Positions 1 to 15,000 of a stretch of DNA of 64,000 nucleotides are shown here, in pieces. Below the pieces are notes generated by a model. That model made no database searches, was not told the origin of the DNA, and was given only the letters and a program-made list of their open reading frames with translations. The position numbers and the translations under genes are program-made. How positions within the stretch are numbered: position 1 is the stretch's first letter; every line of letters starts with the position of its first letter. Origin of the DNA: Isurus oxyrinchus (lineage: Eukaryota); assembly GCA_026770705.1 (NCBI GenBank), contig JANJGN010000007.1, positions 141,980,001 through 142,044,000 of the forward strand, written 5' to 3'.

Positions 1-3000
1 ATGAAATTCAGTAAGTCATGCTACCTCTGATCTTTATAGGAAGCAAGGTTTTGTTTTGTAGCTTCAGTAATGTTTTATTTATAGGTTTCTACACTGCTTG
101 CTGCATTTGCCATATATCCCAGCAGGATATCTTTGATTAGTGGAATAAATGTGTGGCTTGCTTTTTGTACAGTTTGTCTTTCTGTTTGAAATAACTGTGC
201 TTTAACATGATTAAATAACAGATTTGTCTATCTTGTCTTATTCTTGTTGACATCTTTTCACCCAGTTTAATTGAGGTTCTTTGTTTCCTTGTTGAAGATA
301 TTGTTTACAGCACAATTTCTGCCAAAGAGACAGATCACTTGGACATTCAGGTATGCTACTTTCTGGTTGCTGCTGCCCTCTGGTGTTTCTTTGTTGGCAG
401 TCCTGAGAACAGCATGGTGATTGCTTGAACACAATGGGCCGAATTTTTAGTCGGTGTGCAGGCGCGCACCTGAGCCCCTCGAGCATAAAATGGTGCATGA
501 TGATGTCAGGGAAGCATCCCGAAATCATCCTATGCTTGCGCGATATTTTGGTCGGCGGGCGCACAAAAGTTGGAAGCGGTACCTGCTGACAATTAAGAGG
601 GCAATTAAGCCCATTAAAGTTTCAATTGTCCCCAATTTGTTGTGGTCCGCCCAACCTTACGGTTGGTGAACAGGCAAATCTGCCAGGCGGACTTTGCATT
701 TTTGATGAAATATCATCAAAAGATGGGATGAGGTTTCTGTTATTAAATTTTTTTTAAATGGACAGAATTTTCATCATGTGTATGTTCAGGTGAGTGATTC
801 TGATGCTTGGAATTTTTTTCTTATTTTAAAACCTTTATTGATTGTTTTTAAATTCTTCTGTGTTTTCAGAGAGATTTCATTCCGCGCTCCCCCACACCCG
901 TGCTTACGTCAGCGCTCATCCTCACCTTGGCAGCGTTGAGCGTTTCAGCGCGCATTTCACGCTGGCTGGCCACTAATTGCCCAGCAAGCGTGAAATTGTG
1001 GTTGGGGGCCAATCACGGGCAGCAGTCCATTTTCTGGCCACTCCCGAGCCCACCGATCACGCCTGCACAGCAACCCAAAGATCCTGCCCAATGTGAATTA
1101 AGCAGTTTTTTATGAAAGCACATCCATAGTGAATATATCATACAACAGACCTTAAATGTTCTTATATTTGGAAATAATGTTCCTCTTATTTCTATGGTAT
1201 ATTAATTGACTAGGTGTAAGGGTTAAGTTTTTTTGTTGTTTATGGCTTCTGCTTTTAATCTTGTAATTTTGTATAAATGTACAGAATAATATGTGGGAAT
1301 TATGTAATTTTATGCCAATTTATTTGCAATCATAGATTTAAAACAGGAATGATTTTGTCTTCAGTGTAAAATAATAGTCATTGAAATCTAGCATTATTTG
1401 TTTGTGCATTGCCATTACCTGCCTCATGCAAAGTCTGCAACTTTCAAATAATTCTCAAATTCTTTCTGACAGCCCCAGGGATCCAAACAGGCTGAAGCAT
1501 TTGTCAATGCCTTTCTCAAGCACAGTTTACCACAGTTGGATGCTGAGCAGATTCAGAAACATTTGGACAGAAAAGCTGTTATTCTCGACCATTTCTTAAA
1601 GAAGCGCAAGAAAGAGAAGAGGAGAAAAACAAAATGCCTGTCTGCTAAAAAAAGACGAGAATTGAGAATATTTGAGCTCAAACCTGAACAACAAAGGTAG
1701 ACAAGACATGTTTATGTTGAGACTTTTTTTCCCTCCTGATGTTGGATTTCTGTGTTGGTACAGTTACAAAGGAAAAACAAATCTGAAGTATTGATTTATG
1801 TTGCACAAGGCACACATTGAGTCCCAGGGCCATAACTTCCAACTAGTGTCAGCAAGTGCTGGCCCACAAGAGTTGGAAGAAATAAATACCTACTTACCTG
1901 CCCTTGAAAATTATGCTGACACTTCCAATCACTGGAGCTGCTTTGGGCCCGCACCGAAAGACTCCTTGCAGGCCCCAGTGAAGTGCAGCTCTGGCAGATT
2001 CAAGCACTAGCTGCCGTAAAGCAGGTGAGGTTTAAAGAGCCCAGTAAAATTGGCAGGCCAGGGAGAAGGTAAATGTCTAAGGTCAGTGGATAGGATTTTG
2101 GGTTGGCGGGGGGTTCGGAGGGTGGGGCAGGTGGGTTATCAGAGGGCAGGGGCAATTGAAGGATGGTGGGGAGGTGGTTGGGCAGGGGGGTGGCGGGGGG
2201 AATCCTTGTGGGGAGTGGCCGGGTGTTTTTAATAATTACCCAGAAGTTAGAAGAGGTTTTAATTCTTCTAACCTTTTCTGGGTAACTATTGGTGTAAACC
2301 AGGTGGACCCATCCAAAGTTTGCGATTTAAATCACATTTTCGATGGTTCCCAGAGCAGGGCAATTGTCTGGAGAAAGTTAGCACTTCTGGGCTACTGCCA
2401 TGCAAACCCTTACCTGGAAACTTCTGAGACGGATTCCCCAGTGCATCTTTGGGGTAACCCCCCCAACCACCAAATCTGATGCTGGGGAGCTCAGAAATTA
2501 TGGCCCCTAGTTTCCACACTCATTTGGTTTTTGAGTTTCATCGAACTTTATCTGAATGTCAAGGTACAATGCCTCTGATTAGGGATGAGCATCATCTACA
2601 AGATTGTTGGAGTACATTCTGAACATGTGTCTTCCATCCTTTGTTAATGATCTGAATTGATGCATGTGGATGAAATTCTTAATCAGGTCTGCTTTCCAAC
2701 CTGAGGATCAGAAAAGCTGAGAAAGCAGAAAATTGTTTTAAACAAAAAACACATGGAAGAATTATAAATTAAAAAATAAACTGCTTGAATGGAGGTTGGT
2801 TATAAATATACACGAGTAAATCATATTCAAACTTGTGGTAGTGGCATTCCTTTGAAAGTTAGGGCTTTGAAAATTCTCATTGATCATTTACTTGAATTGT
2901 GCACTTGAACAAACAGCATTTCTATTCCATTTCCATCAGGATTTGTTCACAGAGCTTATCTTAAGCAAGTGCTGGGCAGATATAGCCCAGTCTCTACATT

Positions 3001-6000
3001 AATTCTGTCCTTGTCTGGAAGGAAATACAATAGTCTACTTGTTTTGAGTGACAATTCTCAATTTTCAGCATAACAATTTAATACAGTCTGTGTAATGTGG
3101 TCACAAAGCTTGTGCTACACTGTGAACTGATCAAATTTTCTGCTTCAGGTACATTTTCTCCTGTGTCAAGGAGGTTTCAGTGAAATGCTCATTCTTGCCT
3201 ATTAGGCTGGCATGATTCTGACATTTTTAATCCTTAGATGTTAAAATGCTAATCAACCATTTCACTTTTTCCAGATATGAATTGTTTCTCCCTTTGCATG
3301 AGTTGTGGAAGCAATACATTCGAGACTTGTGTAATGGTTTGAAACCTGACATGTAAGTATAGTCCTTGCACTATAGAATGGGAATATTTACAGTTACTGG
3401 GCACTGAACAATTATACTGTATATGCGTGAAACTGGAAAGATTCCTTTATTCCACACAATGTAATAGATATTGGGACTGTTTTGGAAGCCCCTGTGATCT
3501 CACAATATTCAATTAGTGTCTAGAGCACTGATTCTTAAATTGATTGAACTATTTTGAGGTCAAAATACAAAAAAAGTTCAGAACACAGCCCAGTCTTTTA
3601 ACTGTTGCTTTTCACTGAGATGTGGAAGTTTATACAAAAATATTAAGCAAAAGTCATTAAGCAGCAATGTACCAATGACTCCAGGTATATTGCTCACTTT
3701 ACTGATGGGAAGGAGGGGGTAAAATACTATTCCTGTTTTGTTCCTTGTTGCTAGCAGTGTTAAGGGGAAAGTTGTCCATTTTAATTTGGACTGCTTCTAG
3801 ATCAGAAAGAACATCCTTATCTAATTATACAGCAGATAAGATGAACTGTCATTCATTAATAGTTTATTTTTAAGAAGCATTGTCTTCATTGCAGATGTGT
3901 TTACCAAAGTTAATGTCTGCTAAGGAATTAATTCAGACAAAGCTGGTTTATTAATTGTTACAGTGAAATCATCCATTAGCAATGCAAAAATTTGCGACTC
4001 ATTCTGCTCAGAATTCATTTCCCCTCATGAAGCTTCTTGGGACATTTTCTATATTTAAGGTATTATATAAGTGGTTTATAATTTGCATTGTTGCAGCACA
4101 TGTTTATAAGCAACAATTTTTTGTTAAACATTTTTTTAAAATTGAGAATACTCAGTCACGCTTGGTAATTGCACACACCTTTTATGTTTGGTGTTCAGGA
4201 AAAGTGCGGTTAGTGACTGAGGGATGATTGGACCAGGATTCAATCCCCACTTTCTGTCCTTATTTTTACATTTACATTCTATATCCACATGTATAATAAA
4301 AATTATCCTTGTAAGCCTGACATCGTTATTGCACCATCATACCAATGATGGCATTGTAGCTTCTCCATTGGTTGGAGGATATAATGACAGCACATCAGGT
4401 TTACATGGATAATTTTCATTACAATTGAAGACATAGAAGTTTATAATGTAAAATTTTGGAAGGAATTGTACATAAGATTCTTAATAATTTACAAATTAAT
4501 CTCATAGCATTGTACATGGTAGTAAGTTGAGATCAATTGTCGTCTTGAGGTGAACAGGGTTAGAGGACAGAGGAATATGAAGTAATTCAGTCCTCGTTTT
4601 TAAAAGGTCATATATTCTGTCCTTATTTTCCTCATTAAATTAATTTAATATTTATTTATAATAGAATAATAGAATATACAGCGCTTTGGGAAGCAAAGAA
4701 GTAGGAATGGTTGTAGCCTAGTTTCTCCGCTTTGGAGGGTGAAGAGCTCAGAGATGCAAAACTGAGGTGTTCCAGAGGCTCTTATTGGTAGGAATGTGAG
4801 AAATTACGTAGAAAGTTTCCAATATAAATGTGGACATTAGAATTTATAATGGAAAAAAATGACCATTGTGCTTGCAGACCTAAGATTTTAAATACATTCT
4901 AGATGATGCCCTTTTAATGAGATGGCAATTTATATTGTGCTGGGGCTACTAGTGAGTTCTTAACTTCTCATCTCCAATGTGCAAAAATGATTTAGTAGAT
5001 TTACCAAGCTTAATAATTGCTTTTGTCTTATCAAACACTGGGCTTGTGTTCACTCGGAATTTTTCCAGATTGATTCCCCTTAATATATAATCATAGAAGA
5101 ATTCTAATACTAGAAGTACCCATTGAGTGCTTCGGGCTCGAGGTAGCATGGCGGTCTATCAATGGTAAAGAAAAATCTATATAGGGGAGGTGAGAAGTTA
5201 ATACTCACTAGTAGCCCCAACACAATATAAATTGCCATCTCATTAAAAGTACATCATCTAGAATGTATTTAAAATCTTTTATAAACCGTTTCAAGATTAA
5301 TTAGTGCTCTTGAGACTTGGGGTAGTGCCTTGTTTTGATGCAGTAAGATTTTCAAATATAATAAATGGTCTTAATTTCAGTCTGTTATTTCCTAGCTTGT
5401 AGCTACTACATAGACTGGACTTTTCAAAACATTTAGTAAATAGATTTGTGTCAGTAATTGTATAAACTGATACAGAATTTTACAGACAGAAGGCACTCCA
5501 CTTGCACACATGCATTATCATATATTAAACAACAATTTGCATTTATATAACAACTTCATAGTGGGGTAATCAACCAGAAATTGACATGAGCCAAAGAAGG
5601 AGATATCAGGAAGGTGACTTCGGACAAAGAGTTAGGTTTTCTTAAAGGAGAGAAAGGCAGAGAGATTTAGGGAAGGAATTCCATGGCTTAGTACCTAGAA
5701 AACAGAAGGCACAGCTGCCAGTGGTGGGGTGAAGGTAGTGGGGGATAAGTTAGAGGCCAGAGTTGGAGGAACACAGAGTTCTCTAAAGGTTGTAGGGTTG
5801 GAGAAAGTTTCAAAAAGGGAGGAGCGATACCACGGAATAATTTGAACACAAGGATGCAAATTTTAAATTTGAGGTGTTGGTGGACTCGGAACAAATGTAG
5901 GTCAATAAGCATAAGGTTGATAAGAAGATCTGTCTGCTCTTCGTCCCAGTATTAGAAGACCATCTCCTGCACTACTTTCTATTTTTCTTTTTTTCTATTT

Positions 6001-9000
6001 TTCACACCAGTTGTTTTATAGCCTAAGCTTGGTGACCAGCTTGTGCTGAAATGGGGAGGCAGTGGCATCGTGGTATTATCACTGGACTAATAATTCAGAG
6101 ATCCAGGGTAATGCTTTCGGGACCTGGGTTCAAATCCCACCATGGTGGATTATGAAATCTGAATCCAATAAAAATAAAAGTCCCTGAAATCATTATCAAT
6201 TGCCTCAAAAACCCATCTGGTTCACTAGGAAAGGAAATCTGCCGTCCTTAGCTGGTCTGGCCTACATGTGACTCCAGACCCTTGGCAATGTGGCTGACTC
6301 TTAAAATGCCCTCTGAAGTCACCTTCTCAAGGACTGAGATGGGCAATAAATGCTGGCCCAGCCATCAACACCCGCATCCCATGAATGAATATTTAAAATA
6401 AGGGTAGTTTTGTCCTCTGGGCTTGTGCCCACTTCTTGGAAGCTTGCAGCCACCCCTAACTGACATTTGGGGCCCATCGTCCTAATTTCTCCTCCCCAGC
6501 CTCCAACCGATGCTTGCACCCAACGCCCTCACCGAACCTCCAAACCACCCCCCAGTGGACAGTCGGGCCCGGCACCCTGCATCCCTCCTCCACCCCAGCC
6601 AACATTTGGGCCTAACACCCTGGCCCAATGCCCTGCTGACCTCACTCGACAGGAGGGCTGGGTAAAGGCTGTTTTAGCCTAGTGGAACTCTGCTGCATGG
6701 TGGCCCCAGGACTGGCAAGAATCCTCTAGCTTGTCCATTTGCAGGTTCCCTCCCACCCTTGCTGCTCCTCCTGTCACAGATTCTGTCTCTTGAGGAGCAG
6801 GAAAGAAGGAACCTAGGATTGAGGGAGCAGGAGCAGTGAGCATGGGAGAGAGGGAATCTGTGTTTGGAAGAATAGCTCCCCACAAATTCTGTTTCCCACA
6901 TACGGGAATGACACTTCTCTGATTGGTCACCCCTGTGATTGAATTTACCAAACATTTTGAATGCTTTTGAGGGAGAATTCGCCTGCCGCCTCTGCATTTT
7001 GAACACTAGTCTTGGATAACAGAAGCGCAAATGAGTTTCAACAGTAGACGGGCTGTGGCAGGGACAGAGAGGCAATGATATCAAGGTTGAAGCAAGGAGT
7101 CTTTGTGATCAGCAGCTCAGTTCAGATCAAATTGAGTTCCAAGGTTGCAAACAATCCGAGACAATGACTAGATAGTCAAGAACTTCTATTGTGAATTTTG
7201 GCCGTCATGTTTTGTAACAAGGCAAAAACATTTTTAAAAAGCAATGCAATTCTTGTGTTTTTCTGATGTAAAGCCTGAATCTAACAAGTATTTAAAGGTC
7301 TGTTTTTTGTCCTTTCATGGGATTCACGGCAAAGCCAGCATTTATTGCCTAGCCTTAATTACTCTTGATAAGGTGGTGGTGAGCCATCCCCTCGAACCAC
7401 TGCATTCCATGTGGTGAATGGGCTCCCACAGCGCTGTTAGATAGGGAGTTCCAGGTGTTACAATTCCCATTGCGACCGATAACTTTAAACAAGAAATTTG
7501 AATTCCCACTGACCTACTTAAACGTATTGCATGACAAGATTTCAAGTTTTAACAAACAAACTAATAGTAACATTGACTAAACATTACTTAGTAGGCAACT
7601 AATACTCTATATTACAGAAACAATAACTCTTAAACATGACCAGTAACCCCATGCCACATACATTTACTTCACAGCACACTCTCCACAGACTTACAGTTTT
7701 AATAGGAAACAGTGTACAGTCACTGCCAGCTTCTGAGTGGTTTACTTCTCCTCATTTCGCTCAATCATAACAGCCAGTGACCATTGAAGGTCCCCTCCCT
7801 CAGTCCCTGAGAATTCCCAAACCAACTTTTAACTGTAAGAGCCACTTTGCTGATTTCTTCTCCCAGTGTCGCCAGGGTAAATCTCCCAGAATCATGCCTC
7901 TGTTCCACTAGAAACTGTCCTCCCTCCCACATTCTGCCTGGTAGTTCACAGAAAACTCTCAGCCTTCTCTTCTGACCATACCTGCTGCAGCCTTTTGTCT
8001 TTACGAGAACCCCTCCGCCCCCTCTCTTTTTCTGTCCAAAAACTTGGAGACTGAAAGTCTGTCCATAGTTAACCCAGCTGCTCTTGTCTATGTTTTCAGA
8101 GGTGAACGTTTTGCATCTTGCTCTCAGTAAGTCTCAACCTCAGCTGCCCTGACCCCTAGACTTGTTGTCAGGAGAATTCACATGATCACATGACCCTCTT
8201 CACGCCTGTATTTTACCTTGAATTAAAGAGAGAGTTCCAAAGCAAAATCATTATATGCAGGATTTTGACCCAGTGATGGTGAGGCAGCTGCAATATATTT
8301 TATGTCAGGATGATGTAGACTTTGAGGGAAACATTGAGGTGGTGTTCCCATATACTTGCTGCCTTTTAGTGGTTAGAGGTTGTGAGTTTAGGATGCGCTG
8401 TCGAAGAAACCTTTACCAAATGCCAGGTTGCACCGGTGGTGCAGGGAGTGAATATTTAAGGTGATGCATGGAATGGCGATCCAAGTGGGCTGCTTTGTCC
8501 AGAATGATGTTGAGCTTTTTGAGTGTCGTTTGAGCTGCACCCAGACAGGCAAGTGAAGTATTTCATCACATTCCTAACTTGTGCCTTGGTGGTGAAAAAG
8601 CTTTGAGGAGTAAGGCAGTGAGTCACTCACCACAGAACTCAGCCTCTGACCAACTCTGGTAACCACAATTGGCTGAATTTTTGGGACCCTCCGGGAGTGG
8701 AGGTGGAGGGGGGGCCCAGAAATACCAGCACTGGGTGGCGTATCATTTTCAAGATACCGTTCTTCTCCCAAATGAGGCCAATTTAACTAGTTGAAAAGCT
8801 TGATAAGAGATTGTGGAAGGGGGAGAGAGTAAAATATTTAACACAGGTTCCAGAAGATGTCAATTTCTGAACAGCTGAAGGAAGTGAGGAGCCAGTCAAG
8901 GCTTCCAGTGGTATCGCCCCAGCTCCATCAGAGGGTCAGCAGTGTGATGCCCATAGCACTGCTCAGGTGGCAGGGTGAGTGAGCACTCAAGATCGAACGG

Positions 9001-12000
9001 GGTTACCATCCTTCTAAAATCCTGGGGCAAAAGAGCAGGGTCAAGGCTGCCAGTTGCAACAGGGTGGCCACCTATCTAAAAGGAAGGTTGCAGCTGGCAC
9101 TAGGGAACAACTGTCAGATTTCGGGCCCTGTGGCAATGAGGGGCAACACCCTTTCTGTAGGAGGGACAGAACTCTGGGTGTCAGGAGGGCAATGGAGAGT
9201 TAACACCTCACAACACTGGTCACCATATCCTGCCAGTAACCTTCAAAGTCACTGTAGCCTTGAACTTTTTTGCTTCAGGTTCCTTCCAAGGATCAGCTGT
9301 GGACCTGGATAGCATCTTGCACAATGCTGCACACCACTGCATCTCACTGGTCATCGATGCCCTCTTTGCCAGAGCCAGACAGCACATTCCTTTGATGGAC
9401 GCATCCTCTCAGGGACAGAGGGCGTTGTGCTCTGCCTCCATTACTGGATTATCCCAGGTGCAGGGTATTATCCATCGAACCCATGTAGCCAGTAGGGCAC
9501 CCAAAGATTGGCCAATGAGATCCATCAACAGGAAGAGCTCTCACTTCCTCAACGACCAACTGGTCTGCAACCACAGGAAGAACTTCCACCATGTATGGAC
9601 TCGTTTTCCATGGCAACTGTCATGACTCCTTCATCCTCCAATAGTCCAGGCTGCCACAGATTTTCAGTGCAATCGGTGTGTGTAGATGGATCCTTGGGGA
9701 TAAGGGAAATCCCCTGAAGAGATGGCTACTCACTCCTCTATGGTAGCCTCATACAGAGGCACAGAGGAGATATAACCAATGCCACCTGTTCAGCAGGACA
9801 GCCATTGAGCAGACCATTGGACTTCTGAAGATGTGGTTCAGGTGCCTCGACTGGCCAGATAGAGCCCTACAATAGCCTGCTATAAGGGTCTTTGCCATTG
9901 TGGTGGTCTGCTGTGCTGCCCAAAGCATAGCCCTCCGGTGAGGTATGGACCTTGAGAGCGGTGAGGCCTTGGATGGAGACAGCTCATAGGGTGAGGAACA
10001 GGAGGAGAAAGAGGAGGGAAATGACGCCCATGCTTGATGAGATAGCCTCCTCCTGCCACCCTCTGGGATGAGGATCTCCTTCCTCTTCCTCAGCCTCCAG
10101 CATTAGATTTAGGTCAGCGTCAATGAAGCAAGGGACTGCCCTATCCCAGGTACCAGCCCCCACCTCTCCTATGACAGTGGAAGGCTTTGGCACAAACAGC
10201 AGATCTCTTCCCCCAGAACAACCAGCAGCCTTAGTGATGGCTGCCGTGAGGAGTCTAAATCAGTACTCCACATCATTTGACATAACGTCATTCCTGCCTT
10301 CACTGACTGGAAGTAGACAGGAAACTCATCTCTATATCAGGTAAGGGCTCACCCCTGCAAAAATCTGAACGTTAATCAGTTTTCCCCCGCTGGAGGCCAG
10401 TTTCTGACCCCAAAACAGACTCGGTTCCTCTTTCCTGCCTCTGTGGTGAAAATTCCACCTAGTATTTATGTGGTTGGTCCGGTTAAGTTTCTGGTCAATG
10501 GTGACGCCCAGTGTATTGATAGTATGAGGTTTGACAGTAGTAATGCTGTTGGATGTCATGGGGCGGTGGTTAAACTCTCTCTCTTGTTGGAGATAGTCAT
10601 TGCCTGGCACTCCTGTGGCATGCATCTTAGTTGCCGCTTATCAGACCAACCCTGAAAGCTGTTCAGATCTTGCTGCACTGAGGGTAGGGATATTCATGGA
10701 GCTTTCTCCTCCCATTAAAAGTTTGATTGTCCACCACCCCTTTCCATTTGATTTGGTATGAGACATCAGAAGCATGGTGCGCAAGTATAAGTGAAAAGAG
10801 CTAGATTTAGAAAGGAGGTAAGGAAGTGTTATTAATCAACAACATGGTCATTTTTTTTGCAATAACTTAACAAGGGCAATTGTATGGACAAGTAGCTCAG
10901 AATTCCTTGAGATCAAATTGAACAAGTTATCTTTGAGAGACACAATCAGTTGCCATGGTGAGGATGGGAGGAAAGAGAGTGAAATAGGTTTTGGGACAGG
11001 TTTTCTGGCATGGCTTCCAGGAAACTCCTGAGGAAAAGTAAAAGTAGAGACCTGGATATCTAGGTCTCCACTTCTTTTATCTGATCTTTGTGTCATGTTG
11101 TTTGCCACAAGCAACAACGTGGCATATTTGGCACAACAAACAAATCTTAGTGGAGCATTCCACTGATGCAATATTGAACAAGATTCATGTGTGGGAACAA
11201 GTATTTCCACATTTGAGGCTGCTTGCTGTATGTGATTCTTTGTGTCTCATTTCTTCCTACTACACCTACTTAATCATTTCTTTTACACTTGAAATGTGAG
11301 CATTTAAAGTTAGAGGCAGGGCTAGCAAACTCAAAGTATATGGTGGTTTTCCCAGTGGTTCAACGGGTTTCTGAAGTGAGCATCCAGCCACAGGACCCAG
11401 GGAGGTCGCAGATCCAATACCGGTTCTGTGCTGAGCTAGCTGATCTTAAAAATGGTACTGTTTGGTCAATGAGAGGAAAATACTAATTCTCCTCATTCAG
11501 TGATTCCTGCCATAAGTACAGTCATGAACATCACATTTTAGAACTTAATTGCTATGATCACGATCATCATCATCACTATGTGTTCTTCCTTAAGGTAGGT
11601 CCTTGGTTCATGGCTTTCTCTGTATCTCTCTGTTCTGTACCAGTTTTTTCATTTTCCGATAACATCCTTCAATTTTCAAGCCATCCAGCATTGATAGTCC
11701 TTCTTTCCTCTTCCTCTTTTTCCTGGAAATCTTCCCTCCATGTCGTCTTTTAATAGTCTGTTTCCTCTTAATATGTTCCTTGCCCCTGTCTGTCTGCCTT
11801 TTCCAGGGGAAGTGGGGTGGTGGGGGGGGGCAATGATAACATTAGTCAGATTTTCAGCTGACAAAGCCCTTGTAGCAAGCATAGAAGGAGGATAACAGGA
11901 GCTAGTAGATAGACTAGTAACAGCAGGCATGAACACTGGAATGAACATCGACAAAACCAAAGTGATGCAAATCACAGAATCATAGAATTTTAATAGCACA

Positions 12001-15000
12001 GAAGGAGGCCATTCAGCCCATTGTGTCTGTGCCGGCTCTCTAAGTGAGCATTATGACCTAATGCCATTGCCCTGCCCTTTCCCCATACTCTTGCACATTG
12101 TTTCATTCAAATAATCATCAAATGCCCTCTTGAATGCCTCGATTGAACCTGCCTCCACCACACTTCCAGGCAGTGCATTCCAGAACCGAACCATTTATTG
12201 TGTGAAAAAGCTTTTTTCTCACGTCACGTTTGCTTCTTTTGAAAAACACTTTAAATCTGTGTCCTTTCATTCTTGATCCTTTTACGAGCAGGAACAGCTT
12301 CTCCCTATCTACTCTGTCCAACCGCCTCGTGATTTTGAACATCTCTATCAAATCTCCTCTTAGCTTTCTTCTCTCCAAGGAGAACAGTCCCAACCTCTCC
12401 AACTTATCTTCGTAAATGAAGCTTCTCATCGCAGGAACCATTCTTGTAAACCTCTTCTGCGTTCTCTCCAATGTGTTCAAATCTTCCCTATAATGTGGCG
12501 CCCAGAACTGTACACAATACTCCAGTTGAGGCCTAATGAGTGTCTTATATAAATTCAGCATAACCTCCTTGCTCTTGTACAGGGGCTCTTGCCCCTATTA
12601 ATAAAGCTCAGATCTTATATGCTTAGTTAACTGCTCTCTCCACCTGTTCTGCCACCCTTCAATGATCTATGCACATATACACCCAGGTCTTTCTGCTCCT
12701 GCATCCCCTTGAAAATTTCACGCCTTATTTCTTATTGTCTGTCCATGTTCTTCCTACCAAAATGCATAAGCTCACGCTTTTCCACGTTGAACTTCATCTG
12801 CCACTTATTTGCCCACCCCACCAACTTGTCTATGTCCTTTTGAAGTTCTACACTGTCCTCCTCGCAATTTACAACACTCCCAAACTTCGTACCATCTGCA
12901 AACTTTGAAATTGTCCCTTGCACACCAAAATCTAGATCATTATATATATCAGGACAAGCAAGGGTCCCAATACCAATCCCTGGGGAACTCCACTACAAAC
13001 CTTCCTCCAGCCTGAAAAATATCCATTGATCATTACTTTCTGCTTCCTATTTTTCAGTCAATTTTGTATCCACATTGCTACTGTCCCTTTTACTCCATGA
13101 GCAATAACTTTTCTCAAGTCTGTTGTGTGGCACTGTATCAAATGCCTTTTGAAAGTCCATGTACACCACGTCAACAGCATTACCCTCATCAACCTTTTCT
13201 GTTAACTCTTCAAAAAACTACTCTAAGTTAGTTAAACACGATTCCCCCTTTAGAAATCCATGCTAGTTCTTCCTTATCAACCCATATTTTTCAATGTGAC
13301 TACTAATTCTTTCCCAAATAATTGATTCTAATCCTGTCTCACCACTGAAGTTACACTGACTGGTCTGTAATCGCTGGGTTTATCCTTGCAACCTTTTTTG
13401 AACAAGGCACCTCCCCTGAGCTTAGGGAAGACTGAAAAATTATGGCCAGTGCCTCTGCAATTTCTACTCTCACTTATTCAGTATCCTTGGACGCATCTCG
13501 CCCGGCCCGAGTGCCTTGTCAACTTTAAGTACCGACAGTCTATTCAACACTTCCTCCTTACCAATTATAAACCCTTCTAGTGACAGAGTTTCCTCATCTG
13601 TCACCATGGCCTGGGTAGCATTTACCTCCTTGGTAAAGACAGATGCAAAGTATTCATTTAATACCTCAGCCGTGGCCCCTTCGTCCATGTATAAATTCCT
13701 TTTTAGGTCCCTAATCGTCTCTCCTCCTTTTACCACCCTACTACTGTTTATGTGCCTATAGAGGACTTGGTGATTCCTCTTTATATTGGCTGCCAGTCTT
13801 TTCTCATAATCCCTCTTCGCTTCTCTAATATGCTTTTTCACCTCCCCTCTGAACCTTCTGTATTCCTCTTGGTTCTCAATTGTATTTTCTACCTGACACC
13901 TGTCATAAGCACACTTTTTATTTTTTATCTTAATTTCTACCTCTTTTTTTCATCCAGGGAGCTCTGGATTTGTTTGCCCTACCCTTTCCTTTCAATGGAA
14001 TATATCTTGACTGTGCCCAAACCATTTCTTAATTGAAAGGAGCCCATTGTTCAGCTACTGTTTTTCCTGCCAATCTTTCGTTCTAGTCTATCTGGCCCAA
14101 CTCCATTCTTGCCCCATTGAAGTCAGCCCTCATCCAGTTAATTATGCTTACTCTAGATTGTCTATCGTCCTTTTCTATCGTCATCCTAAAATGTACAATA
14201 CAATGATCACTGCCTCTTAAATGTTCCCCCACTGACACTTCATCCAATTGGCCCACCTCATTTCTAAGAACCAGGTCCAACAGTGTGTCTTTTCTTGTTG
14301 GATTGGACACATACTGCTGTAGAAAATTTTCCTGAACACAATCTAGGAACTTTTACCTCTCTCCACCCTTTACACTACCACTGTCCCAGTCTACATTCGA
14401 GTAATTAAAATCACCCATTATAACTACTCTATAATGCTGGAATCTCTCTGTAATTTCCCTGCAGATTTGTTCTTCTACGTCCTTCTCACTAATTGGCGGT
14501 CTATAGACTACACCATGCAATGTAATTGCACCCTTTTTGTTCAATAGCTCTAGCCAAATTGATTCTGTCCTTGAATCCTCAGGGACATCCTTTCTCCAGC
14601 ATTGCAATGCTCTCCTTAACCAATACCGCCACCTTTCCTCCTTTTCTACCTTTCCTATCTTTTCTAAACGCCTTGTACCCAGGAATATTTAACACCCAGT
14701 TCTGCCCTTCCTTGAGCTAGGTCTCTGTTATTGCCACAACATCTGCACCAATTTTATTTACTATACCCTCTGCATTCACATACATGCATAGTAACCCTGG
14801 TTTCGATTTTGTTACTTTCTCCCTCACCCCAACTTCACCTATCAACTTACTATTCTCTATACTAGTGCTATCTGTCCCTCCCAGTATTTTGTACACCCTG
14901 GTATTCCTCTCTAGTATTTTCTCTTGGTTCCCGCACCTCTGCTGAGTTAGTTTAAACACCTCCCAACAGCACTAGCAAAATGCCCCGCAAGGAACTCAGT

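Larger units (their letters stand above)
7315..10735 (-). mobile_element. Decayed LINE 3' portion, split by an LTR (7456-8257) and a Harbinger element (8671-10459)
   Basis: Sequence resumes collinearly on both sides of each insertion; minus-strand [20 protein letters not shown]-terminal motif. Confidence 0.55.

Noticed and set aside
6052-6145. tRNA gene
   Set aside because: A/B-box-like motifs run into a SINE body with other copies in the window; no cloverleaf.
9260-9625. Domesticated HARBI1 gene
   Set aside because: Catalytic motif degraded (IHRTH in place of IDCTH), frameshifted, and bounded by TIRs.
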